A stretch of DNA of 64,000 bases from Dehalococcoidia bacterium (lineage in GTDB: Bacteria > Chloroflexota > Dehalococcoidia > Dehalococcoidales > RBG-16-60-22). The notes beneath the pieces are model-generated. The model ran no database searches and was not told the DNA's origin. It was given only the letters and a program-made list of their open reading frames with translations. The translations under genes were made by a program, and so were the position numbers. Position 1 is the first letter of the stretch; every line of letters begins with the position of its first letter. Positions 1-7,297 of this stretch are shown piece after piece. The stretch covers positions 130,269-194,268 of the forward strand of contig JBGLNK010000001.1 of NCBI GenBank assembly GCA_041300405.1, given 5' to 3'.

Positions 1-45
1 ACTAAATGCATAGTTTTCCCGGCTTTTCCGTTACGTTGACAATTA

Positions 46-54
46 TGGTATAAT
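46..54 (+). promoter_or_regulatory. candidate extended -10 promoter (TGGTATAAT) for the CocE/NonD-like gene
   Basis: TGGTATAAT read at 46-54. AGGAGG RBS at 113-118 and ATG at 127. No properly spaced -35. Confidence 0.3.
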
Positions 55-126
55 TTTTGACGGGTAAGTTCTAGGTAGAATGTCACTTCAAGCACTGACA
101 AATTTTCAATTCAGGAGGCCGGCAGC

Positions 127-1875
127 ATGGAAGCTATCGACGCTATTTTCGGCAACAAAAAGATTTCCGGGAGAGAGCATGAAATCACCGCCAACCGCGA
201 TATTTACGTCACCACGCGTGACGGCGTAAAAATCTGCCTGGATGTTTTCCGCCCCGAAGGCAAGGGCAAATTCCCGGCGCTAGTGGCGATGTCCCCGTTT
301 AACAAGGACATACAGTCCGACCGCATCTGGCCGGCAGCATCGAGGAGCCGCCGTATCCGCGGCGTCGCCGATGCCTCTGTAGAAGCAGGACCGATCGATT
401 TCTTTGTGCGGCGCGGTTACGTTTATATCATCGGGTCGGTGCGGGGCACCGGCAAGTCCACCGGGGCTTACAATCACCTGGGCTCGAAAGAAGCCGCCGA
501 CGCCTGTGACGTCGTGGAATGGGCGGCCAAACAGCCCTGGTGCAACGGCAATGTAGGTATGGCCGGTATCGGCTATTTCGGCACGCATCATTCGCAGGTA
601 GCCCTGATGGAGCCGCCGCATTTGAAATGCATCGCGCCGGTCAGCGCCTTCTGGGATATGTACAATTTTTACTGGTACCCGGGCGGTCTGCTCGCCAACG
701 GTTTTTTGAGATGGCTCATCTCGCTGGCCAACTTCGACCTGCACACCGACGAGAAAGTAGCCCTGAAAGAACTGGGAGAAAAAGGCTATAAAGAAGCCAT
801 CGCCCGCGCCCTGGCGGATAAAGACATCAGCGCCGACCCGCTGCTGGTGGACACTTTAAAGAATCCGGATGTGGTTACCAACGGCACGGTAATCGATGTC
901 CTGCTCCATCCCGAATGGGGGCCTTACTGGGAAGACCGGGCCATCATGGATTACAGTAAAATCAAGATTCCGGCTTACATCGTGGCGGCGGCGCACCGTC
1001 CCGGAGCTTTCCATCACTGGCAGGAGTTTACAATGCCCAGGAAGCTGCTCAACTGCCCGCCCGCTTATACGGACAGGCCTTTTTACCAGTTCAGTTGGGA
1101 GCTGCTGCGGTGGTACGACCACTGGCTGAAAGGATACGATACCGGCATCATGGACGAGCCGAACGTGCGTCTCTTTATACAGGGAACCGGCGAGTGGCTG
1201 AACGCCGATGACATGCCCGTCCCCGGAACCAAGTTCATCCCGTTCAACCTGCACCAGAACCGCAGTCTTTGCGAGATAGAGCCGTGGCCGGAAGCCGAAG
1301 CACTGTCTTATGATGACGCGCCGGGCAACCGCGGGCATTTAAAGTACACCTCGGCGCCGATGGTGGAGAACATGGAAATAGCCGGGCCGATAGTTTTGAA
1401 TCTGTACGCCTCCTGCCGCGGGACGGACATGAACTTTGTCATCAACATGTTCGATGCCGACGCGGAAGGCAAGGAGACCTTCCTGACGCAGGGCTATATA
1501 AAAGCTTCCCACCGCGAGCTGGATACGAAAAAGTCCCTGCCGTACATCGCTTTCTATACCCACTCCAACCCCAAAACGCTGGTGCCGGGAGAGGTATACA
1601 AGATGTGCATCAATCTTAATCCTACCGCCGCTTTAATCAAAGCCGGCCACAGCCTCGTCTTAAAGATTGCCAGCTCGGATGATACCCCCGAGGACCTGAC
1701 CCAGGTAAAGATGACGCACCTTTGCAGCCAGACGCCCAATACCATCACGGTATACCATAACGCGCAGTATCCTTCCCACCTGCTGCTGCCCATCACCCGG
1801 GGGAACATCATCGGCACTTACGTTTCCGGCGGGGACATCAGCCTGAAGACAAAAGGGTTCATGGAATTGAAATAA
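127..1875 (+). CDS. CocE/NonD family (S15 X-Pro dipeptidyl-peptidase-like) alpha/beta-hydrolase homolog; nucleophile Ser appears replaced by Gly
   Basis: 582-aa ORF with strong RBS. N-terminal 'RDGVKICLDVFRPEGKGKFPALV...SPF' and 'GNVGMAGIGYFG' elbow are typical of the family, and the long C-terminal beta-sandwich-like region matches family length. Confidence 0.75.
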   Translation: MEAIDAIFGNKKISGREHEITANRDIYVTTRDGVKICLDVFRPEGKGKFPALVAMSPFNKDIQSDRIWPAASRSRRIRGVADASVEAGPIDFFVRRGYVYIIGSVRGTGKSTGAYNHLGSKEAADACDVVEWAAKQPWCNGNVGMAGIGYFGTHHSQVALMEPPHLKCIAPVSAFWDMYNFYWYPGGLLANGFLRWLISLANFDLHTDEKVALKELGEKGYKEAIARALADKDISADPLLVDTLKNPDVVTNGTVIDVLLHPEWGPYWEDRAIMDYSKIKIPAYIVAAAHRPGAFHHWQEFTMPRKLLNCPPAYTDRPFYQFSWELLRWYDHWLKGYDTGIMDEPNVRLFIQGTGEWLNADDMPVPGTKFIPFNLHQNRSLCEIEPWPEAEALSYDDAPGNRGHLKYTSAPMVENMEIAGPIVLNLYASCRGTDMNFVINMFDADAEGKETFLTQGYIKASHRELDTKKSLPYIAFYTHSNPKTLVPGEVYKMCINLNPTAALIKAGHSLVLKIASSDDTPEDLTQVKMTHLCSQTPNTITVYHNAQYPSHLLLPITRGNIIGTYVSGGDISLKTKGFMELK

Positions 1876-1931
1876 AACAATCCTGAGAAGTTTGGGGGGG
1901 CGAGGGCAACCCTCACCCCCCTCCTCTCTTT

Positions 1932-2016
1932 GGTTAAATCCCTCTCTAACTCTCCCTTTACAAAAGGGAGAGAATGATTTTCTAAAGCCGTTACATGATG
2001 GGCGAGCGCCCTCTCC
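1932..2016. repeat. intergenic repeat, copy A (uninterrupted); contains hairpin TCTCCC-N9-GGGAGA
   Basis: 'ggttaaatccctctctaactctccc...' and '...gattttctaaagccgttacatgatgggcgagcgccctctcc' recur at 4170-4206 and 4386-4435. Confidence 0.6.
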
Positions 2017-2045
2017 GCAAGCTACTTCCTTGTTGAAATAATGAA

Positions 2046-2075
2046 GAAGGGGGCCAAAAGCCCCCTTCTTTTTTT
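2046..2075. terminator. bidirectional intrinsic terminator between convergent genes
   Basis: GAAGGGGGC-caaaa-GCCCCCTTC stem-loop followed by T7. A-rich on the other side. Confidence 0.65.
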
Positions 2076-2093
2076 CTGCCTGTACCTTAATGA

Positions 2094-2573
2094 TTAAGGG
2101 TTGAGGTGGGCTTTTACTTCCTCGAATTCCACTACGTTGCCTTCAACCTTGGTGATGAAGCTTTCCGCGTTGGCCACGTTCATAAAAATAATCGGTTTAT
2201 TGCATACTTTTATATCGATCGGGGCGTGGATAAGGCCTTTGGGAACATAGACAATGGTCGGTTTATCGAACCTGTAAATTTCGTCTTCTTCACCCAGGTG
2301 AAACTCGACGACGGCCTGAAAGTCCGAGATATCGCTCGCGTCAGCACCGAAGAAATGGAATATCTCATCGAAATCATGAGTGTGGGGTTCAAGCATGGTG
2401 CGCGGCTTGGTGATGCAGTTCCAGCGCAGCCAGTAATTTTCCATCAGCCCGCCCAGGCCGGTCTTGCTGCCCTGGCAGGTTATCCGGTATTTGGTGTCAT
2501 CGCCCTTGATGAGCGGATTAGACAGGAAGTATTTTTCATATTTTTTCTTGGCCATGCCGGTAAATTCCTCCAT
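2094..2573 (-). CDS. cupin-like hypothetical protein (likely start at internal Met7)
   Basis: 159-aa ORF. 'HTHDFDEIFHFFG...VYVPKGLIHAP' resembles a cupin metal-binding motif pair. No specific family recognised. Confidence 0.5.
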   Translation of the reverse strand: MEEFTGMAKKKYEKYFLSNPLIKGDDTKYRITCQGSKTGLGGLMENYWLRWNCITKPRTMLEPHTHDFDEIFHFFGADASDISDFQAVVEFHLGEEDEIYRFDKPTIVYVPKGLIHAPIDIKVCNKPIIFMNVANAESFITKVEGNVVEFEEVKAHLNP

Positions 2574-2633
2574 ATTTATTTTTTATAGCTTACCATTTTT
2601 AATAACGATTTACACCTGCGCCTGTAGTGGAAA

Positions 2634-3503
2634 TTATTTATTCCCAAGTTCCCTCATGCCCATAAAGCCGCCCTCCACATAGCGGTTGAGAGGAACGCCC
2701 CCGGCGACACCCAGGACCTCCCCGGTGATAAAGGAGGACATATCCGACGAAAGGAACAGCGCCGCGTTGGCGATATCTTCCGGCAGGCCGATTCTGCCCA
2801 GCGGTGTGGCTTCACCGATTTTATTGAGCGCGGCTTCTCTTTCATTTTCCGGCAGCATGCTGAAAACAGGGTCCCAAAACGGCGTCTTGACCGGCCCCGG
2901 CAGAATGGCGTTGACGGTTATATTATGGGGAGCCAGTTCATAAGCCAGGGTGAAAGTGAGTCCCAAGATGCCGGCCTTGGCCGAATGGTATTCCACGGCG
3001 GGCCCCGGGGGACTGTAAACGCCCATCGAGGAAATCAGGACTATTTTCCCGTAATGCTGCTTCATCATGTAAGGCGCTGCTTCCTTGCAGAAAAAGACGT
3101 GGCCTTTCAGGTTCAAAGCCATAATCGCGTCATAATGTTCTTCGGAAAGGCCTTGAATGCCTTTTACAGGATTGGGAGGAGCGGCTGCGGCGCTTGCGGC
3201 GGCGCTGCCTTTTACCTTGCTTCCCCCCGCGCAGCCGACCAGGATATCCACCTTGCCCCACCGGGTTACCGTCCGAGTAACGCAGTCCTGTATCTGCTGC
3301 AAATCCGTAAGGTCGCAATGCATAAAGACGGCTTCCTTTCCTCTTTTCGAGGCTTCAGCGGCGGTTTTCTTACCCTCGGCCTCATTAATATCGGCGACGA
3401 CACAGGAACAGCCCTCTTCCGCGAAGAGCAGGGCGGCAGACCGGCCCATCCCCGTAGCCCCGCCGTTGATGATAGCCACTTTACCGGCAAGCATTTTTTT
3501 CAC
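2634..3503 (-). CDS. SDR family oxidoreductase (FabG-like) with Ala-rich insertion
   Basis: 'GKVAIINGGATGMGR' Rossmann motif. 'S...YHSAK' catalytic Ser/YxxxK. Confidence 0.85.
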   Translation of the reverse strand: MKKMLAGKVAIINGGATGMGRSAALLFAEEGCSCVVADINEAEGKKTAAEASKRGKEAVFMHCDLTDLQQIQDCVTRTVTRWGKVDILVGCAGGSKVKGSAAASAAAAPPNPVKGIQGLSEEHYDAIMALNLKGHVFFCKEAAPYMMKQHYGKIVLISSMGVYSPPGPAVEYHSAKAGILGLTFTLAYELAPHNITVNAILPGPVKTPFWDPVFSMLPENEREAALNKIGEATPLGRIGLPEDIANAALFLSSDMSSFITGEVLGVAGGVPLNRYVEGGFMGMRELGNK

Positions 3504-3650
3504 ATAACCCTCCTGTAAAAAATTTCCAGTGCAAGCAAAAATTAACCAGCCCCATCATAACGCAGGAAGATAAATACATCAAGGGAATGGGAATACGGAA
3601 TCAGAATCCGGTGTTTAAAGTTTTTTTAACTGCCGGAACCTGTATGGTTT

Positions 3651-4013
3651 TTATCCATTTTTACCGTCCTGCGTTTGCCTGTCTGCAGAAAGCATATTAA
3701 AGGAATCGGCACCGTTGCGTATCATACTGCCGAGTCTTTCGAGCTGGAAAAGGAGCACCCTTCTTCCCTTCATCGTAATGGAGTAGCTTTTACGGCGCTT
3801 TGACTCGCCTACCATGGTAATCAGCCTTTCTTTTTCAAGGGTTACGAATGCGCCGTAAAGCGTACCGGGGCCGATTTTCACTTTACCCCTGGTGATTTCA
3901 TCTACTTTCTGCATGACGGCGTAACCGTGCCTCGGTTCGACGAGCGCCAGTAAGATATAGTAGGTGGCTTCCGTGAGGGGGAGGTATTTTTCCAGGTTAT
4001 CGTTTGAGGTCAT
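3651..4013 (-). CDS. PadR family transcriptional regulator
   Basis: 120 aa. 'YYILLALVEPRHGYAVMQKVDEITRGKVKIGPGTLYGAFVTLEKERLI' is the PadR winged-helix signature. Confidence 0.85.
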   Translation of the reverse strand: MTSNDNLEKYLPLTEATYYILLALVEPRHGYAVMQKVDEITRGKVKIGPGTLYGAFVTLEKERLITMVGESKRRKSYSITMKGRRVLLFQLERLGSMIRNGADSFNMLSADRQTQDGKNG

Positions 4014-4042
4014 GGGTGCTGCCTTTTACTCTTACGAGTATT

Positions 4043-4101
4043 ATATCGTTCATTGATATATCGTCTACCGATATATTACTGCACTCCGGCCCGGTTGTCA
4101 A
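4043..4101 (-). promoter_or_regulatory. padR promoter with overlapping palindromic operators
   Basis: On the minus strand: TTGACA (4101-4096), 17-nt spacer, TAATAT (4078-4073). Two palindromes, ATATC-N7-GATAT (4043-4059) and ATATCG-N5-CGATAT (4058-4074), overlap the -10 and the leader. Confidence 0.45.
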
Positions 4102-4169
4102 TAACAGCAGATAAGGGATCAGGGATTAGGGATTAGGGGAGAGGGTTTAGCGTCAGTAATTCAAACCCC

Positions 4170-4435
4170 GGTTAAATCCCACTCGAACTCTCCCCTTTTT
4201 ATTTCCACCCTGCCTTGCCTTGAGGTTGTCCGAAAAGTCTGAATTGTCATGTTGAGCGCAGCGAAACATCTCGGGGAAGGGTGGATTTAGCTAGAGTTCA
4301 GCCTCACCCGGAGATACCCAGTCGCTTTCGCTCCTTCGGTATGACATTATTGGACAACCCCTAACATGGAAGGGTCGTTATTGTTAAAGGGGATAATTTT
4401 TATAAGCCGTTATATAACGGGTAAGCGCCGTCTCC
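4170..4435. repeat. intergenic repeat, copy B, split by a ~180-nt imperfect palindromic insertion (4207-4385)
   Basis: 4170-4206 and 4386-4435 match the two halves of copy A (1932-2016). The insert has inverted arms GGTTGTCC...GTCATGTTGAGCGCAGCGAAACATCTCGG / CCGGAGATAC...CGCTTTCGCTCCTTCGGTATGAC...GGACAACC. Confidence 0.55.
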
Positions 4436-4571
4436 ATTTACAGCGACCGAATGTGGGTGCTGGCTTTTACATCCACGAGTAATATATCGTTCAGTGATAT
4501 AACGGCTTACGATATAATATACCCGCCAGGTTTACTCGTTATCAAATATATCCGGATAAAGCGGCAGGGTA

Positions 4572-4628
4572 TTGACAACGGCAGCGTAATCTCATATATT
4601 ATTAAAATGAATGAATGTTCATTCATTT
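4572..4628 (+). promoter_or_regulatory. promoter plus 24-bp palindromic operator of the TetR-ABC operon
   Basis: TTGACA (4572-4577), 17 nt, TATATT (4595-4600). Then AAATGAATGAAT|GTTCATTCATTT (4605-4628), complementary at 11 of 12 positions. Confidence 0.5.
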
Positions 4629-4651
4629 AATATTCGAGGCTGAATTGAGCT

Positions 4652-5308
4652 GTGGCGGATAGAGCAACCAGGAAAAAACTCATTACCGTAGAGCGCCGGA
4701 CGCAAATCCTCAAAGCGGCCACGGATGTCTTTACCCGCAAGGGCTTTGCCGCGGCAACTATACCGGAAATCGCCAGCGGGGCAGGCATGGCGGTAGGCAC
4801 GATTTATCTTTACTATCCCAATAAGCGCGAGCTGTTCATCGCCGTGATAAAAAATCTTATCATCACCGCTCCCCTGCTCGACCTGATATACAGGATACCG
4901 AGGGAAAACATCGCTGTCGTCTTCGGGCAAATAATGCAGAACAGGTTAGACCTTATCCAGAGCGAGGAGATGTCCCGGATGCCGGCATTGATGGGAGAAG
5001 TCCTGCGGGACCCGGAGTTGAAAGCCCTGTGGGTGGAACGTTTTTTCAAACCCGTGTTTACCCAGTTCGAAAGCCTCTACCGGGCGATGCAGCCGACGGA
5101 CGAACCACGCCGCGTGGAACCGGCCGTCGCTGTCAGAGCAGCGGGAGGACTCATCCTCGGATTTCTGATGATAAAGCTGCTGGAAGGCGAATCCGGCCCG
5201 TTAAGCGAACTGCCGCAGGAAAAAGTAGCGGCGGACATGGCTGATTTCATGCTCCACGGCATAATGAGCGTAAGTAATCAAGTACCGGAACAGGAGGAGA
5301 AGCAATGA
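4652..5308 (+). CDS. TetR/AcrR family transcriptional regulator (GTG start)
   Basis: 'RRTQILKAATDVFTRKGFAAATIPEIASGAGMAVGTIYLYYPNKRELF' is the TetR HTH signature. Overlaps the downstream ABC gene by 4 nt. Confidence 0.85.
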   Translation: MADRATRKKLITVERRTQILKAATDVFTRKGFAAATIPEIASGAGMAVGTIYLYYPNKRELFIAVIKNLIITAPLLDLIYRIPRENIAVVFGQIMQNRLDLIQSEEMSRMPALMGEVLRDPELKALWVERFFKPVFTQFESLYRAMQPTDEPRRVEPAVAVRAAGGLILGFLMIKLLEGESGPLSELPQEKVAADMADFMLHGIMSVSNQVPEQEEKQ

Positions 5309-6051
5309 CCGACAGCGCTATCAGCATTTCAAAGATAAGTTTTAATTACGGGCATCTCAAGGTAATAAACGACATTTCACTGGAAACGCCTAAAGGTATC
5401 AGCTTCGGGCTTTTAGGCTCCAACGGGGCCGGGAAAACAACCCTCATCCGGCTCATGGTGGGATTGCTGAAACCATCCAGCGGCGGTATTTCGTGCCTGG
5501 GCAAGGAGCCTTCACCGGCTAACGCCCGCAACATCGGCTATATGCCGCAGCTTCCCTCCCTTTACACCGAACTGACCGTGGAGCAGAACATCGATTTCTT
5601 TGCCCGCATTTACGGACTGAAAAACAGGCCGGAGCGCATTACAAGGGTAAACGAGGTCATCAAGCTCATCGACCTGTGGCCGAAGCGAAAAACCCAGGTT
5701 GTCAAGCTGAGCGGCGGCATGAAACAGCGCGTCAGCCTGGGATGCGCCATCGTACACCAGCCTCCCCTGCTCTTCCTGGACGAACCGACGGTGGGCCTCG
5801 ACCCGGAACTCAGATATCATTTCTGGGAATACTTCGAGGGGCTAACGCGGGCCGGAAATACGCTGATAATTTCCAGCCATACGATGGATGACGCCGCGCA
5901 CTGCCAGCAGCTGGTTTTCATGCGGGAGGGGCAAATCATCGCGCAAGGCTCTCCGAACGAATTGCGCGCGGCAACCGGCAAGCCGGATGCCTGCCTTGAA
6001 GACGCTTTCCTTTATTTTATCCGGCATGAAGAGGTAAAGACCAATGTATAA
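5305..6051 (+). CDS. ABC transporter ATP-binding protein (ABC-2 exporter type)
   Basis: Walker A 'GSNGAGKTT', signature 'LSGGMKQR', Walker B 'LLFLDEPT'. Confidence 0.9.
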   Translation: MTDSAISISKISFNYGHLKVINDISLETPKGISFGLLGSNGAGKTTLIRLMVGLLKPSSGGISCLGKEPSPANARNIGYMPQLPSLYTELTVEQNIDFFARIYGLKNRPERITRVNEVIKLIDLWPKRKTQVVKLSGGMKQRVSLGCAIVHQPPLLFLDEPTVGLDPELRYHFWEYFEGLTRAGNTLIISSHTMDDAAHCQQLVFMREGQIIAQGSPNELRAATGKPDACLEDAFLYFIRHEEVKTNV

Positions 6052-6775
6052 TATTATGACGATTGCCCAGAGGACAATTATCCAGCTCGCGCGAGACCGC
6101 CGTACCGCCGCGCTGATTCTCATCGTGCCGCTGGTTATCGCCAGCCTTGTCGGCGTTTCTTTACCCAGCAAGCAGATGCTGGATATGACGCTGCCGGCCA
6201 TCCTGGCAACGCTGATTTTATTCTTCGGTTTCCTCTTGAGCGGCATCGCTTTCTTAAGAGAGCGTTCACAAGGCACCCGCGAACGTCTGATGGCTTCTCC
6301 GGTCTCCCGGATAGACATCGTGGTGGGTTACCTGCTGGGTTTCCTGCTCTTCGCGATGGTACAAACGCTGATTCTCTTCTTTTATGCGGTGTACGTCCTG
6401 AATGCCAGGTTCACCGGCGACCTCTGGGAGATTATCATTTTCCAGGTATTAATCGGCATCCTGGCGGTGTGCCTGGGTATTTTTATTTCCGCTTTTGCCA
6501 AGAACGAGTTCCAGATGGTGCAGTTCATCCCTTTGCTCATCGTGCCGCAGATCTTTGTCTGCGGGCTGCTGTTCCCGGTGGATCAAATGCCGAATTACCT
6601 GCAATGGCTGGCAAAATTCCTGCCGCTGACTTACGCCGTGGACGGCATCCGCGCTTTGATGCTCAACGGCAAAGACCTGGCGGACATAGGTAAAGAGATT
6701 GGCGTACTGGCGGCTTACGCCGTCGGCCTGATGATACTGGCCGGAATCAGTCTACGGCGGGGACATTCAGCGTAA
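6044..6775 (+). CDS. ABC-2 family transporter permease
   Basis: 243 aa, about 6 hydrophobic helices. Overlaps the ATPase gene. Confidence 0.85.
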   Translation: MYNIMTIAQRTIIQLARDRRTAALILIVPLVIASLVGVSLPSKQMLDMTLPAILATLILFFGFLLSGIAFLRERSQGTRERLMASPVSRIDIVVGYLLGFLLFAMVQTLILFFYAVYVLNARFTGDLWEIIIFQVLIGILAVCLGIFISAFAKNEFQMVQFIPLLIVPQIFVCGLLFPVDQMPNYLQWLAKFLPLTYAVDGIRALMLNGKDLADIGKEIGVLAAYAVGLMILAGISLRRGHSA

Positions 6776-6785
6776 AGAAATAACG

Positions 6786-6833
6786 GTGAGCCGTGCAGGG
6801 ATCGAACCTGCGACCCGCAGATTAAAAGTCAGC
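6786..6833 (-). pseudogene. tRNA-Lys(UUU) 3' half only (anticodon loop, variable loop, T-arm, acceptor 3' strand); att-like relic
   Basis: The reverse complement reads GCTGA-CTTTTAA-TCTGC-GGGTC-GCAGG-TTCGATC-CCTGC-ACGGCTCAC, nearly colinear with bacterial tRNA-Lys. No matching 5' acceptor strand or D-arm lies upstream. Confidence 0.7.
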
Positions 6834-6962
6834 TAATGTTAAAGCCGAGATGAGAGGAGGTGAGATAACCGGTTTTAACACGCTGATTCGACCTGAGTCA
6901 CAGACTTCTTCGCCAAGCTCCGGATCTAACCGACAAAAATTTTATTTTGAGGTTAAGACCCA

Positions 6963-7088
6963 ATGAAAACTAAAACAACGGCTTCTACCGAGCAAAAGAC
7001 TCTCCAGCAATTCATCTCTTACTATGAGCTCTGCAACAGAGCGGAAGATAAGAGCCCGTTTTGCCTGATATTTCTTCTATTTTTTTAA
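6963..7088 (+). pseudogene. stub of a tyrosine recombinase/integrase (N-terminal SAM-like domain only)
   Basis: 41-codon ORF 'MKTKTTASTEQKTLQQFISYYELCNRAEDKSP...' resembles the 'L..F..YL...G.S..T' start of phage integrases. It runs into AT-rich junk and a stop after about 32 aa. Confidence 0.35.
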
Positions 7089-7297
7089 TCCCGTCCCCGT
7101 ATATTCGAGTTCGGTATCACCTAATCCCTTCAAATAAATCGTATTGAAAATATTATTAATATTACGATCCGGGTTTATCAGTTTTTTGACACACTTGGCA
7201 TTTGAACACTATTGACAATTCTGTTTTAATATTATAAATATAATTGATTTCACTACTTTATATATCATCTTGACTTATGATATTGGAGGAGGCGCAC

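Noticed and set aside
4115-4145. GGGATCAGGGATTAGGGATTAGGGGAGAGGG: three TTAGGG-like heptamers and five G-tracts (a formal G-quadruplex motif)
   Set aside because: There are only about three units, and they lie at the edge of the larger intergenic repeat cluster. It is too short to call a tandem array, and a G4 role is untestable from sequence alone.
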